Position numbers and translations under genes: made by a program
The notes under the pieces: model-generated
The model's database searches: none
What the model was told of the DNA's origin: nothing
The model's input: the letters and a program-made list of their open reading frames with translations, nothing else
From: Felis catus
Taxonomy: Eukaryota
Assembly (NCBI RefSeq): GCF_018350175.1
Contig: NC_058368.1
Span: 80,912,001 to 80,976,000, forward strand
DNA length: 64,000 nt
Direction: 5' to 3'
Shown: piece by piece, positions 36,357 to 49,162 of the stretch
How the letters are laid out: every line of letters begins with the position of its first letter
How positions within the stretch are numbered: position 1 is the first letter of the stretch

Positions 36357-39300
36357 TATGATCGAGAATTGTGCATTTGGTTCCTGTTACCCAATGTCTA
36401 TGGCTATAGACAAACAGAAACAAAACAACACAAAACAATAAACAAAAAGCAAATCCAAAATAAGCAAGAAATAAGCAGAATCGTACTGTTTTGGGAATGA
36501 AATTCTGATTTTCCTGGATGTTGCCAGTAACACTGCTTCTTAATTGTGAGGTGTGTGATGTGAGAGTCATATCCTGGGAACGTGTCTCAAGGGTCCCTGC
36601 TAATTTTGAGAGCCCAGCCAGAGGCAGCAGGGGAGAGAGGGTGTAGTCTTGGGGGCACGGGGCAGACTTCCAAGGCCACCGCCTCTAGACCCTGGCACCT
36701 GCCCCCTAGAGCCCTGCTCAGTGACAGCACGAGGGCCATCCCTCCCTGCATGGCTGCCCTCACTTCAGGACTCAGAAAACAAGCCTCAGCCCTCCCCACG
36801 CTCTCTCATTTGACCAGAGTCTCGATCCCCTGCCCTGAGCCTCTGGCTGGGGCTCCTCCGGGGGGAGATGGGCGGGAGGGCCGCCCAGGCGCAGCAGCCA
36901 GCAGCGAGATTCCAGAGATGATTAACCACCAGGTTTCTGGGGGATTGGTAATCACTCTAATGGTTTTCTGACTGCTGATTTTAGAGGCATTATCAGGAGG
37001 GCTTTTATAATGATGACTTTTACTCTGTAGCTGCACTGTGTACTGTGACTGCATGCTATCGAGTAAACAGGGAGCTGACCTAAGCACAGTTCAAGCAAGC
37101 TCGCCAGTGAACAGGCGCGCACGTTGCTTTTTCATTTGGGGGGTGGGGGGGGGTGTGAGTTTATTGGGGGTGTGACTTGTACTACTGGGTCTGGCTTTTT
37201 TCACCATTCATGAAAACGATGGCAAAGCTTTACTTTGAGAAGCTGTTTCTCCCCCAATTTAAAACTTTTCTCCCTTTTTAAAAAGGGCTTAACGAATCCT
37301 TGTGGCCACACGTATTTGACTTCAATTAAATGGCAGTTTCAGGCAGATCTACTGTCAGAAATAGTTAAATAATAAAATCAAATAAATAGTGAAAACCTCG
37401 ACTTTCACCACGGATGGCATACACCAGCAGGGCGCTCGTGCTCATAAAGGTGTTCCTGCCACTGGAGCCCCCCCCCCCCCCCCCCGCCCAGTTCTCCTTC
37501 TTCAAAAACGTAAATGTTTGAACATGCGGCTGCTTTTAAAATAAGGACCTATCACTGGACATACGTTTGACTATCTCCATACCTGGGAATTCCTTGTTAT
37601 GCTGGTTTGTGCCTTTTAAAAAAGAGAAAGACTGGCGGGGATGATCCTTCTTGGGAGAAGATGCTTGCGGTTCCAGAAAATAGGGTTATTGGACTCTGGG
37701 CTGGATGATTGCAAATCAAACACTGGGTGAATAATTGGGAACTTGGAGAAATCAGAGAGGATGTATCCCACAGAAGCACACGATTCCTTCTGTAAACACT
37801 GTGTTCTTGATGGATCAGAGAAATGAAGCACGTTTGGTGGCGACTTGTGCGTCCAGCGTGAGACCTGGCAGGCCCGTGCACGTGTGGATGCAGGGACAGG
37901 CTCCAGCTGTATCGCTGGCGGTAAGTGACGTGTGCTGAGAAACCGAAAGAGAAGTCTAGGCCTCAAGTAAGGCCTTCCTTCTGGAATCCGTCTTCCTTCT
38001 GGAATTTGCTAAGTTCATTATTGTCACACAGTGATTTTTTCCCGTACCTTTGTGTATTTAATTTCCTTTTTAATAGACAAACTGTCATGGGAGGTTACAC
38101 TGAGCATTATTATTCAAAGGAATGTTTATATCACTCAGATAAATATCATAGGGAATTATGGATTGGGAGTGTATTTATTACACACACAACTGAGAAAAGT
38201 GTCTGTATTATCAAGTAAATACATGCTATATTTAAATGTGATAACAATCACCAATCACCAAGGTTTTCCTCAGTGTTCTGGAATTAGAATACATAGAAAG
38301 GCAAATTAATATTTAAACCTCTGTATACTTTCGAGAATCCCCAATATGCATAACAAAGCCACGACTGGGCCCCCTGCGGTGGGTAGGGTGGTGTCACAAC
38401 TGAATTTACCCTGGGGCGGGAGAAGTCGGGGGCCAGGGCTGAAGGTGATGCCTCCACCGCTAAAGGTAATTCCATGATTATTAAGAGCTTTTATTGCTTG
38501 TGGCTCCTCGGTGGGCAGCAGATAAAGTACTTGAAACAAAACAACTTAAGTCTTTGTGAGCCCAGATGCCAAGATGAGGATAGGACACACAGCTGAGGTT
38601 AATTGGGTAATAATTATCAAACATGCAGAAAGCGCGTACATGATGTTGTGCAAGTCGAAGGTGGAAGCTGGGACATGGAATGAGCCTCGGGAATGAAAAG
38701 TTTAGACCAGGTGGAGGCCGTGCAGGGCAGGAGGCCTGGGGTGGCATCTCGGTGATTTGATTTGGCTCAGGTGAAAGGTGATGTCCGTCAGCCGCCCAGA
38801 GAATACACTTCCCTTCTGTCTTCCTTTTCGTTGGCAAGGAAGGAAGAACCAGGAAGTGGTTGGGACCAGCCTGTATGTCACACGATGAAGTAGTAGGAAC
38901 TACCTAAGTTTACCCGCATCTAGGAAAAGGACAACACGAGAGCTTCTGAATCTACCCAAGAGTCCACACAGAGTGTGTTCTCTGAGCATCTGTGGGGACA
39001 GAGACTCCAAAACCAGCCTTAACGGTTCATTCCTGGGTTGCATCTTCCGAGCAGTCAGGATGTTTATCCTTCTGGCTAACCAAAATCCATTTCAACCATT
39101 TGGGGGTGGTAGGGCTGGCTGGAACCTTAGAAGCTGTCCAGTGCAATCCCTTTATTTTGTAAGCGAGTAGCTGGAATCCTAGAGAGGTAGTGTTCCTCAC
39201 TCAGGATTACCTGAGCGGTCATGGCAAAACAGGGGGCCTTCTTATTTAGTATCCATGTGGAGAGACAGACCCTTCTTCTAGAAGCCACTTAGGTCTCTAA

Positions 39301-39375
39301 ATCAGTCTTACCCTGATTAGCAGCCCTAAACCCTTGAAAATTTCCCACTGTATCACCTTTTCCTTCCCTCTAATT

Positions 39376-39588
39376 AAAAAAAAAACTTTAACGTTTATTT
39401 TTGAGACAGGGAGAGACAGAGCATGAGCGGGGGAGAGTCAGAGAGAGAGGGAGATGCAGAATCTGAAACAGGCTCCAGGCTCCGAGCTGTCAGCACAGAG
39501 CCCGATGTGGGGCTCAAACTCATGGACCACGAGATCATGACCTGAGCTGAAGTTGGACGCTTAACCGACTGAGCCGCCCAGGCGCCCC
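39376..39588 (-). mobile_element. CanSINE
   Basis: TSD TCCTTCCcTCTAATT (39361-39375) / TCCTTCCtTCTAATT (39589-39603). Confidence 0.95.
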
Positions 39589-39689
39589 TCCTTCCTTCTA
39601 ATTTTTAATCAACAATAATTTGATCATATGTGATCTATAAACATCTACTGTATAATACAATGATATCTGAAGTACAGAGATATATAATC

Positions 39690-39860
39690 TTAATAAGTAC
39701 CTGGTAGTGGTAGGAACTGCAAGATTCTTTAAGAAAGTATCTTAGATAATCAATCCTCAGAAAAGTCCTGCCACGTAAATACTATTATTTACATTTTAAG
39801 ATGAGGAACATGAGCTTCACAAGGGTCCAATATTTTACCCTCAGAGGTTAGGTCATAACA
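39690..39860 (-). mobile_element. MIR fragment
   Basis: taagtacctggtagtggtaggaactg...aatcctcaga...actattatttacattttaagatgaggaacatgagcttcacaaggg. Confidence 0.65.
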
Positions 39861-40959
39861 GAAGTGTGACCCCCACTGTGGTTTCTCCGTGTCCAGATCC
39901 GGGTGGCTGTAGACATAATGTGCCCCCTTCCCTGGACTCCTTCCTTCTCTGAACCTTATTGGAGGCTGAGATGCCCGAGTAGGATTCCAGAAGGAGACGC
40001 CCCAGTAGAGCATCTCTGTGCCCACCATCTGTGTCCTGCTGCAGTAGCCCGTATCCTTGACCCCCAGCCCTGGCCCCACTACCGGTCTTAGTTAATGCTT
40101 CCAAATGTATGCTCCACAAGACTAAGGACCGCACACACCTAGCAGATCAGAGGTTTGCGCTGTAATCAAACAGAGTGGCGTGCACAGAAGTCAACGGTGC
40201 GTGTGTTTGAACAGCCATAAATATAAGTGGTATCGTGAGGGACAGTAATGAGTTACTGCTACAAAGCCAAACGTCTCCATGCTCCTTGTCTTTATCACAT
40301 CTGTCCTCTGTACTGATGTGAAGGTCCTCCCTAACTTCCCTACAACCACACATGCACGCACACACTGGGAGACGTGTGTCACACTCCTCTGTCCCCTCCA
40401 CCCCCAGCACTGACACTTCTCCTTTCTCATTCTCTCACTTGAAAGGCCCTACCCGGACTGGCCCCTTCAGCTCCCCCGTCAAAGCCCCTGATGTCCTGGA
40501 GCAGAATGACAGAGGGGTCTGGGGTCTGGGTCTGTGACTGGAGACATCCACGTTCCAGACCCTCCCTCCCAGACGCCTGTGGATGTGACTTGGCTAAAGT
40601 GCAAAGTGACCGCGGTCGGGGGAGGAAAGATGGAAGGCAGGACCGTCCGAGACTCTGCGAGTCCAAACAGAGCCGTAAAATCAAGGTACCCCACAGATGG
40701 TGCTGATTTCCCCTTTGAGAAAATAGCCATCTTCCAACTGTATTCATTCATTCAACCACAATGTATTGAGTATTGAGCGACTGCAGTATTCTGTATTTGT
40801 GAGAAAAAAGTCTTAAGTGGCTCTTCAAAGAGCTGAAAGAGGGCTAAATCATTTATTAAGTCTTAAGATATTAGTCCCTGTGGCTTAGACTTGACAGGAA
40901 GTGGAAATTGAGTGAGGGGAACCCTACGCGTGTGGGATGTGCGAAGTAAGAGAGTCTTC

Positions 40960-41445
40960 ATTTGGTGTGTCAGCTGAGGGCTTGGGCTGGGCTGAGACTG
41001 GCAGAAAATGACACCAATTAGGGATTTTATATTTCTTAAGCAGCCAGAGGCCAGAAATCCTCCGCTATAGGCTGGTGTACTCGGCCAGTGGAATGTGAGG
41101 GACCTGGTTGCTTTTTTATTTCTGTTCGGGTGTCATTAGCGGTCTTGTTGCCCCCAGTCCCTGGATGGCTGATCCGTTGTCAGCACTGACTCTGCCTTGC
41201 TGGCAAGAAGAAAAATGCGCGCATGTACACACGGGGACGGGCCCCCCAAGACGCTCCCCCGTAGGAAGCTTTCCTGAGCAACCCGCCCAGCAACTTCTGT
41301 ATGGCCCCTGGTCAGAAGCGTATCACATCACAGCCCCCGGTAGTTTGCAGGGCAGAGCATTTTACCTGGCACAGTGTCGCCACAAAGAAGTCAACGTCGT
41401 TAATAAGGAGGAAGGGAGAGTGTACGTTCCTCGCATTGGGCGAGG
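40960..41445 (-). mobile_element. MLT1J/K-like LTR
   Basis: ttcctgagcaacccgcccagcaacttctg...ggtcagaagcgtatcacatc...ctggcacagtgtcgcc...gttaataaggaggaagggagagtg. Confidence 0.55.
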
Positions 41446-41789
41446 TTTTTGGAAGTTGACCCAGTGGGGAGAAAGAGGTCAGAAGGCAAAGGGCTGGCCA
41501 GTCTGTCACGGACACTATGGGTATGACGATGATATGGGAGATACTCGAGTGGGCCTGCTGGAGGCAGGGTGGCTTGTAAGGGCTGGGGTGTGGGGTGTGG
41601 GCATGTGTGTGGAGTGCCCATGGTGTTCTAGAAGCTGCATTTTATATACGGCAACGGTGGCCATTTAGTCACTCTAACCGGGAGGCAGTCTGGTCTGGCG
41701 GTTATGGGTGTGGATAGTAGGGTCAGAAAGCCCTGGGTTACAGATCCCGTCTCTGAGCTCCTCACCGCTGGAGTTGGAGGTTGCGGGTC

Positions 41790-42350
41790 AGCAAGCAGAG
41801 GGGGCTAAAGTGATCAGTGTGGAATCGGATCAGAGCGGGGACGTCCGTGTTGAGCTTGCATAGATACAGATGGCTGTACACACAGAAGTACTCACAGATA
41901 TGGGCACATACCCAGGCCAGCACACACACATACATTTCTTTGTCAGCTAAGAGGGCCTGCTAGCAATGCCACCCCAGTAACGCCAAGCACACCGGTGCCT
42001 AGAGCCAGGTTTCTGAGGCCATCCGTTCTCCGGCAAAGCGATCCGGGTCTCCTAAGAGAAACGCTGGTTCCCAGAAACGTACATGACGAGCCTGGAGCGC
42101 CATGGGGTGCCAGCGCCTGACTGCTGAATAACCCCAGGCAACGATAATGACACGTCGGGGGTGGGGACGCAGGAGCTAACCACAAGGGCCCCGATGGCCA
42201 AAGCTGGAAGAGTTTGGGAAACATGGGAAATAAAGTGGTATTGGATTGCAACTCCAAGTATGAAGGAAATATTCATGAGTCCACGTGGGTGTAAATAAGA
42301 AATTGGTTGAATAAATAAACAGGGAGACGAGACAAATCTCCCATCTGGAA
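41790..42350 (+). mobile_element. L1MC-type 3' end fragment
   Basis: gtcagctaagagggcctgctagcaatgccaccccagtaac, ctagagccaggtttct, aaagctggaagagtttgggaaac..aataaagtggtattggatt, aataaataaacagggaga..acaaatctccc. Confidence 0.7.
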
Positions 42351-44179
42351 GAATTTCACATACACACTGCCCGCAATTCCATAGCCGCTGTGTATGCACC
42401 CCCCCCCCCCCCGGCGATTCCGAATACACTATCCGCACTCCTCTGGTGATTCCACATGCACACGTACACCGCATCCACCCACCCAAGCACTCACATGCAC
42501 ACTCACACCACACACACACCCCCACATACAGTCAACCAAGTACTCACAGTCACATGTTCACATTTCACCCTTTGAAAACACTGGCAGAAGGAATCATGGG
42601 AACCGTTGTAATCTCGGGACTCTGCTCTCTCAGGGCAGGGAGGCTGAGGCACGGGTTACTTTCCCTGAAGGAATCCAACCATGAGACACTGGTCCTTTGG
42701 GGAGAGCTGAGAAAGCTCTCATTTCTGGGAGTGCTCCCCAGTCCCAGGGAACCTTGACATCCTCACCCATGCGGGGAGGCCACGAGCTGGAAGGTCTTTG
42801 ACATCTGTGTGCCACTTGTGAGGCAGGCACAGGTATTAGGCGGGGAAGGGGCCCCGTGTCGACTACCCACTGTGGGGAAAAGGCCTGTGGTGCATGTGGT
42901 GCATCACCGGAGGGGAAGTCTGGGTGTGGTGGGGTGCACACGTATTTGAAGAGCCAATATCAAGGCCATTGGCATTTCTGCTGGATCCCCAGCATCTCCC
43001 CATTGACTTGAACTTAATATACTCTGCGGCCAGCCGAGCCAAAGGCCCATTTGCCGCGGTGTTTTTCTGTGCATTAGTGTCCATTATCAAGTAATGGGTG
43101 TCTATCAGTGTCAACATGTCCGCAGACAATTAATTCAGCTCACTACTTCTTCCTGGTAATCACGAGTCACTGGACCATCCGGTGCCACATGATATTAAGT
43201 ACCCTTTTGACCACTGCAAGGAGCATTTACAGGAGGACATGAGGGAAAGTGACATTTAGTGTCTATGGCCGTGAGCTGACAGGCAATATCGCTTGTGAGA
43301 GAAAGAGATTTTTTTATCGGAGGATTTCTTACAGGAGGACTTATGTTTAGTATTTTGTATATTTTATGATTTACATTGAGTAGTAGATATTAAGCGTTAA
43401 CATATTGTGGGTTTTGTATTATATACTAAGTGGTAGACGTGGAATATATTTGGTGAAAGATTTTCTAAAAATAATCATATATAGTAAGATTCTAGTTGTT
43501 CTTTAAGTGTTACGACCAGTTAGAAGAAATCACACAGGAGACGTGATCGCATTCGGAGGAGTGTACGTCAGGCGACAAGACAGAGGCAGTGGAGATAAGG
43601 AGGCTGGAGGTGTCCTCGGAGTGAGCGGAGTGAGCGGAGCGAGAGCCATCTGGGCCCCGATGGGCTGGACAGCTCGGCAGGCACTGAGCCGCGGGGGCTC
43701 CTTCAGCTGCAGGCCCTCTCGGCACTCGCGGTAGTGAGAGACTCTGGTGTCTGGGGTGGAGGGACAGCTGTCCTAGCTGCTGGCCGCGTGGGAGGTGTGG
43801 GAACAAAGCTGTGGGATGAGTGCAGTGTCACCCAGGAAGTGTGTGCGGGACTGAGCTGTAAATGGAAGGCACAGAACCGGACCCCGGAGCCTCCGGGCTT
43901 CTCGCGTCCTGCCGGCCTGCATCCCCCCACGCTCACCAGCTGTGGCTGGTGTGCCTCAGTGCCTGGGACGGCCGGCTCTCGGAAACCCACTAAGAGATCG
44001 GGGAACGGGCGGTTCCAGAAGAGGATGGGAAACCGCAAAACTGAAATGCAAACTTTTTAACTAAATGTTTCAAAAAAGTAACACAAGGGCAAATTCATGA
44101 ATGGCTACACTCAGTGTTCCTCAAATTGTGTTGCATTTGGAAAACGGTAAATTAGCTTTTCTTACACTAAAAAATCCCT

Positions 44180-44380
44180 GGGGGCCCCTCCCTAGGTTGA
44201 GCGTCTGACCTAGGTTGAGCGTTCGGCCCAGGTCAGGAACTCACAGTTGGTGAGGTCAGGTCCTGCTCCGTGCTGACAGCATGGAGCCTTCTTGGGATTC
44301 TCTTTCTCTCTCTCTCTCTCTCTGCCCTTCCCTCTCTCATGCTCTCTCAAAATAAATAAACTTAAAAAACACTTAAAAAA
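44180..44380 (+). mobile_element. CanSINE with rearranged head
   Basis: Body, CT tract and tail are typical; head carries a duplicated CCTAGGTTGAGCGT; flanks aaaaatccctg / aaaaaaccctg. Confidence 0.88.
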
Positions 44381-45440
44381 AACCCTGAGCATGCATACAG
44401 TTGCCAAGATGGCGTAGCCTGTGGTAGATCAAATGTGTTATTTGTTGCCAAACAGGACAACAGTAACACAGGAGAAACTCGTAGGGCTTATTATTCTGTG
44501 CTTGGCCTGTTTCCCCTCCTAATGGGTATTAATTCATTTACTCACCATAGTAACCTGTGATATAAGCACTATTGTCATTTTCATTCCATAAATGAGGCGG
44601 GGAGGTGTTACGTAACTTCTAGATTACACAGTGCTGGACCTCTGCTTTACGCCATCTCTGAAAGGAACAATTATAAAATTCTTCAGAACTTAAAGGAAAA
44701 CATTAGATCATTGTGGGGTGTGTGGGCAAGCGTATGTCTTTCACATCCTTGGGGTGACTGGGGTGGGGTCTTTGAAAGAGTGCTTGGAGCTGGCAGGCGC
44801 TTCCAGTGGCTTTCCCCAGCGACCAGGTGTGAAAAGCACAGTGGCTGTTTGGATGCTAGGTTTGCTGCGCGGAAGTCCTGCCCCAGGAGTGACGGGCACG
44901 TCGCACGGGTAGACTCATGCGTGGCTCTGGTCCGGTAGCAGGCACAGCACACTGCCGCCTGGGCTCCCCTTCTAAACCACACCGATCGTGGCTGTGGGAG
45001 AGGCCGATGGGGGAGGGGGTCGGCCAGTGGGTACCGCCTTCCTCAGTTCTTCCTGGCATGAGAATCGGGTGTTTCTGGAACATGACTCTTTGAATGAATT
45101 GGGATTATTCCCATTTGTCATTTTATTAGCAACTCATGGCAGCTGTTTCTTGGGGGCTAAAAAGAGGAGAAAGAAGAAGGCGTGTAAGTAAAAGGGGTAA
45201 GCTAATGGCTTGCCCAGAATGCTGTGGCCATTTATGGGGGCCCGAGGGACATAACAGAATTGCCATAATGTTACGTTTCACACATTTTGTTTTAGCAATA
45301 TGATCGTCTGGTCACATCTGCAAATCAGTAGCACTGCAAAAGTGATCGTTATAATTATAGATTCATTCACTCTAAGATGGCTCAGACTGACCTTAGAGAT
45401 CATACTACCAGATTTTCAGCTTAAAAATGACTTTATCCTG

Positions 45441-45668
45441 AGGGTGCCTGGGTGGCTCAGACGGTTAAGCGTCCAACTTCGGCTCAGGTCATGATCTTGC
45501 AGTTTGTGAGTTTGAGCCCCGCGTCGGGCTCTGTGCTGAGAGTTCAGAGCCTGGAGCCTGCTTCGGATTCTGTGTCCCCTGCTCTCTCTACCTCCCTTCC
45601 GCTTGTGCTCCCCGCCCCCCACCCCCCACCCTGCTCAAAAATAAATGAACATTAAAAAAAATTTTTTT
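45441..45668 (+). mobile_element. CanSINE
   Basis: Full copy; degenerate TSD aatgactttatcctg / aatgacatgatcctg. Confidence 0.93.
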
Positions 45669-47641
45669 AATGACATGATCCTGTCACGTATAACAGCAAG
45701 GTATGAACAAAACTGGAATTTCTTATGCACATCATGAGAAACAGAAGTAAAGCCGTCCTGTGCGCTGTGCTCTGAGAATGTGAACTGGAAGGAGTAACTT
45801 TTCCTATTACATGTGTTTGCCAGTATATGTTTTCTCCCTCCTGTTTTGAGGACTGAGGTTCTCCCTCGATGCCACTCTGTCCTTCTCCGTCTTGACATTT
45901 AATTTGGGGGGGGGCAGGGGAAGGTGTCCATGACGCCCCCTCGGAGAGGCAAGGGGTCCCCTGGGCAGGACGCCGTGGCGCACTGCAGGTCCTCTGGGAG
46001 AGCGTCATGCTGTTTTCGGGCCTATGTCTTAGGCTTCCCTGATGGCGAACCTCCGTGTCCCTGGGGAGAGGGAAAATAAAATTCTCTCAGCCCAAAACGT
46101 GCTGGGTGCTGTGCCCTGTTCACCCTTGGTAACGCTTACCTGGCAACTGGTTAACACAACGCCGAGAAACTTCTCTGTTTTCAGTCCCCGAAGCTGAGCA
46201 AGCACGTCGGTGTGGGCACACTCGTGACCCAGCTGTGCCCTCGCCCCCTGGCCCCTGCTTTGATAAAGCCTCTGCTGAGTGTGGCTGCTCCTGGCTTTCC
46301 GGAGGAGACGGCACACAGTTCCAGAGGCCAAAACCACTTTTCAGACAACCACAGGTCCGTTTAATCCTGCGTCACCTTCCTGCTTCTTGCTGCCTGGCCG
46401 CGTGTGAAGCAGGTGCACAGGGCCCAGCGCCTACTTCCACTCCTTCCCTCCCTGAGCGCCCGGGGCCAGGGCCGCCACGCATGCCTGCCAGGCCTTGGAT
46501 CGCCTGCCTCCGCCCACGTGGGCTGGCACAGAACTGACGGCAGCCGTCTGCACGGGACCCGGGACTCCTGGGACGTCACCAACGCCGGGGTGCACCGCTC
46601 TAAGTATTCTTGCACGGCTTGGGGCAGGGGGCTGAGCGGGACTCTCTTTCGGACTGTACTCCATAAAACTCTGCTGTCAGACAGCCCTCTAGGCCCTCAA
46701 TCAGATCCGTTGGTCCCTGTAGGCCAGCCTTCCCGAACCTGGGCTGACGGGCAAGAGCACGAGCAGGGCTCGGAGACACTGTGGGTTTCTGCCAGGTAAC
46801 CAGTCCCCATAGGAGCTGGCGTGTCCGGTCCACGGCCGGGGGGCACAGCCACGTGCCAGTCCCGACACGAGCTGGCGTCTCCAGTGCGTGGTGGGAGGAG
46901 CAAGGGAGGGCGTGGCCACATGTAAACAGTTCATGACCTTTTCCTATCATGACCACTTCTGACCATGGTGCTTTCGTTACGGTCACTTCTTACGTAGCAG
47001 GTTTGTAAACGTGCAGTGCGGGGACGGATCCCCCCAATGCACAAGCTTGGGTCCGACGTCATCACACAGAGTTGAGACGAGGACACGGTTCGTGGCCTCG
47101 TTTGAATGAAATACCCCCTGTCAACCCAAAGGAGAATGTTTACCCTGACTGGGTAATGATCGGTTTTCTAACCAGATGTGCAGTTCTGGGCTGGTTCTCT
47201 GCTTACAATGTCTGCCTGTGTCTTCCCAGCCCTGTAAAGGGGGCCACATTCTGTGTGAAGGTGGGGAACGTCTCGCGAGACCTGGGAAGGAACGCGTCCA
47301 TACCCGCTGGTCTCAGAGCTCAGGTGGACACATGGGGAGCCCAGAGGTGATGATGACAGGCATCCTGGGCTGTGACCAACAGCTGAAAACCACGTGTAGT
47401 TTTTACCGTGATTGCCGGTGTTCGAGGCTGTTTTAGTGAGCTGCTTACAACTGCAGAATGTGAACAGCCTTCCCCAGTTTCCTAAGTCAAGTTTAATGAT
47501 ATGTTTTACCCAGCCCCCAAGTGCTAAAGTGGTCTCCATTGGATGGCAAATCACATCAAAGAAATAAAGAAATCAGCTGGAGAAAACTCCCAATGTGTAA
47601 GTTAAAAAAAAAAAAAATTCAGGCGTATTCTATTTTATTTT

Positions 47642-47810
47642 TGGGTGAGATAGAGTTATCTCACTTTTTTGCTAATTTATGTTCAGGTTTAAAGATGAGG
47701 ACACCTGAGGTCTTACTCCCTGTCTGGGTGAGATAGAGTTATCTCACTTTTTTGCTAATTTATGTTCAGGTTTAAAGATGAGGACACCTGAGGTCTTACT
47801 CCCTGTCTGG
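47642..47810. repeat. Perfect 83-bp tandem duplication
   Basis: 47642-47724 repeated exactly at 47725-47807, plus TGG microhomology at 47808-47810. Confidence 0.97.
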
Positions 47811-49128
47811 TGTTCGTTAGTCAGAGACAAAGGGGTTGTATTGCTAATATTCACGGCGACTATCATCTCTGAGTACTCTAGTGCAGGTAGGGAGCTTCTA
47901 ATACTTACAACACTTCATGGGCGGCTGCTGGGAACCCCATTCTGTGGGGAAAGAAGGTGAGTTGTAGGAGCTTATGTCGGACTGGGGCTGGAACAGGGAC
48001 ACAGCCCAGGACAGGAGGAACTGCTCTCGGGGCCTCCTTCCTGGCTGTGCGCCCCCAGCATGGAGACTATGCCTCCCATCCACATCCAGCACAGTTCTCT
48101 CTGTCCCGGAACTCGTCACGGGCGCTAGATAATTCCCCATCATCTACGTGCTGGATCCATAGGGGCAGACACAGTTTGCTTAATAATATTCCCAGAGTCT
48201 GCAATAAAATAACTGAGGAAAACTCACATAGGAAAGATAGTGTAGTCAAGTGGCTATGATTTGTTGTGGTTGACGTTTTATTATTGTAGATGCTTGATTA
48301 TAACTGAGTTCAAAAGAAAGTGTTCATGCTCTGTTAAAAATGTTTAAACACACAGGAATAAAAACTCTGGTGGGAAATAAAAGGAATTTTTTGCATGGAG
48401 CATGGGGCCAAGGATACGAAGTTGTTAGTATGTTTCTTACGAAGTATAAACTATAGGACAAAATAGCTTCTTTCCAATTTACAAAAGCAATTGAATTCCA
48501 GCTTGACAGCATAGTTTTCTTGGTGACTTTTAGTGTCCGTAGATTTTGAGAAGCAGAGGCAGGTCCCACTGGCCCGTGCACATGGTACACGTGGGGCATT
48601 TCTGCACACGCTGAAAAGTGAGTTGGAGGCATGGTTCATATTACTGTCTCTGGGTGCCCAACAGTGACGGATATAAATATTTTATTAGGCAAACCTGCGG
48701 GTCTCTGAAGATTATATGTCTTATCAAGTTGACCCTTATAATTATGTTGTCTCCTGCAACCATGGGATCTCTTTTAATTTTGCAGTTCTCTGGTAAATAT
48801 TGAACCACAAGGAAGGCGCACAACTGTAGGCAGAGACTGGTGAGGAGGGAACAGGGTTCCCGCAAGTGGGTAAGGACGCGTCTCCCTCCCGCTGCTCTGG
48901 AGAAGCCAGCACTTGGAGAAAGGGCCTAATTAGGCGAGAAAACAGTCTTCATCCTGTTTGATCCTTACTTTGTTACCTCTCGCTCTGCTGGGGTTTGGAC
49001 CCACCTGCGTCTCCCATTTTTCAAGAGAACTTTTGTGCGATGTCACGATCCCTGAGGAGGGTGAGGGCGCTGAGGCAGGAGAGGTGGGGATGTGAGCTGG
49101 CACTTTCCTCCTTGGTCCCCGCCCGCTG

Positions 49129-49162
49129 GCCGGGGCGTCTGCTCGCCGGGGCGTCTGCTCGC
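49129..49162. repeat. 16-bp tandem duplication
   Basis: GCCGGGGCGTCTGCTC twice, followed by GC. Confidence 0.9.

Noticed and set aside
37760..37926. Strong donor GCG|GTAAGT at 37920/37921
   Set aside because: No convincing acceptor or recognisable peptide upstream.
47645..47670. Hairpin plus T-run resembling a rho-independent terminator
   Set aside because: Bacterial terminators have no meaning in this mammalian context. Kept only as part of the duplication finding.
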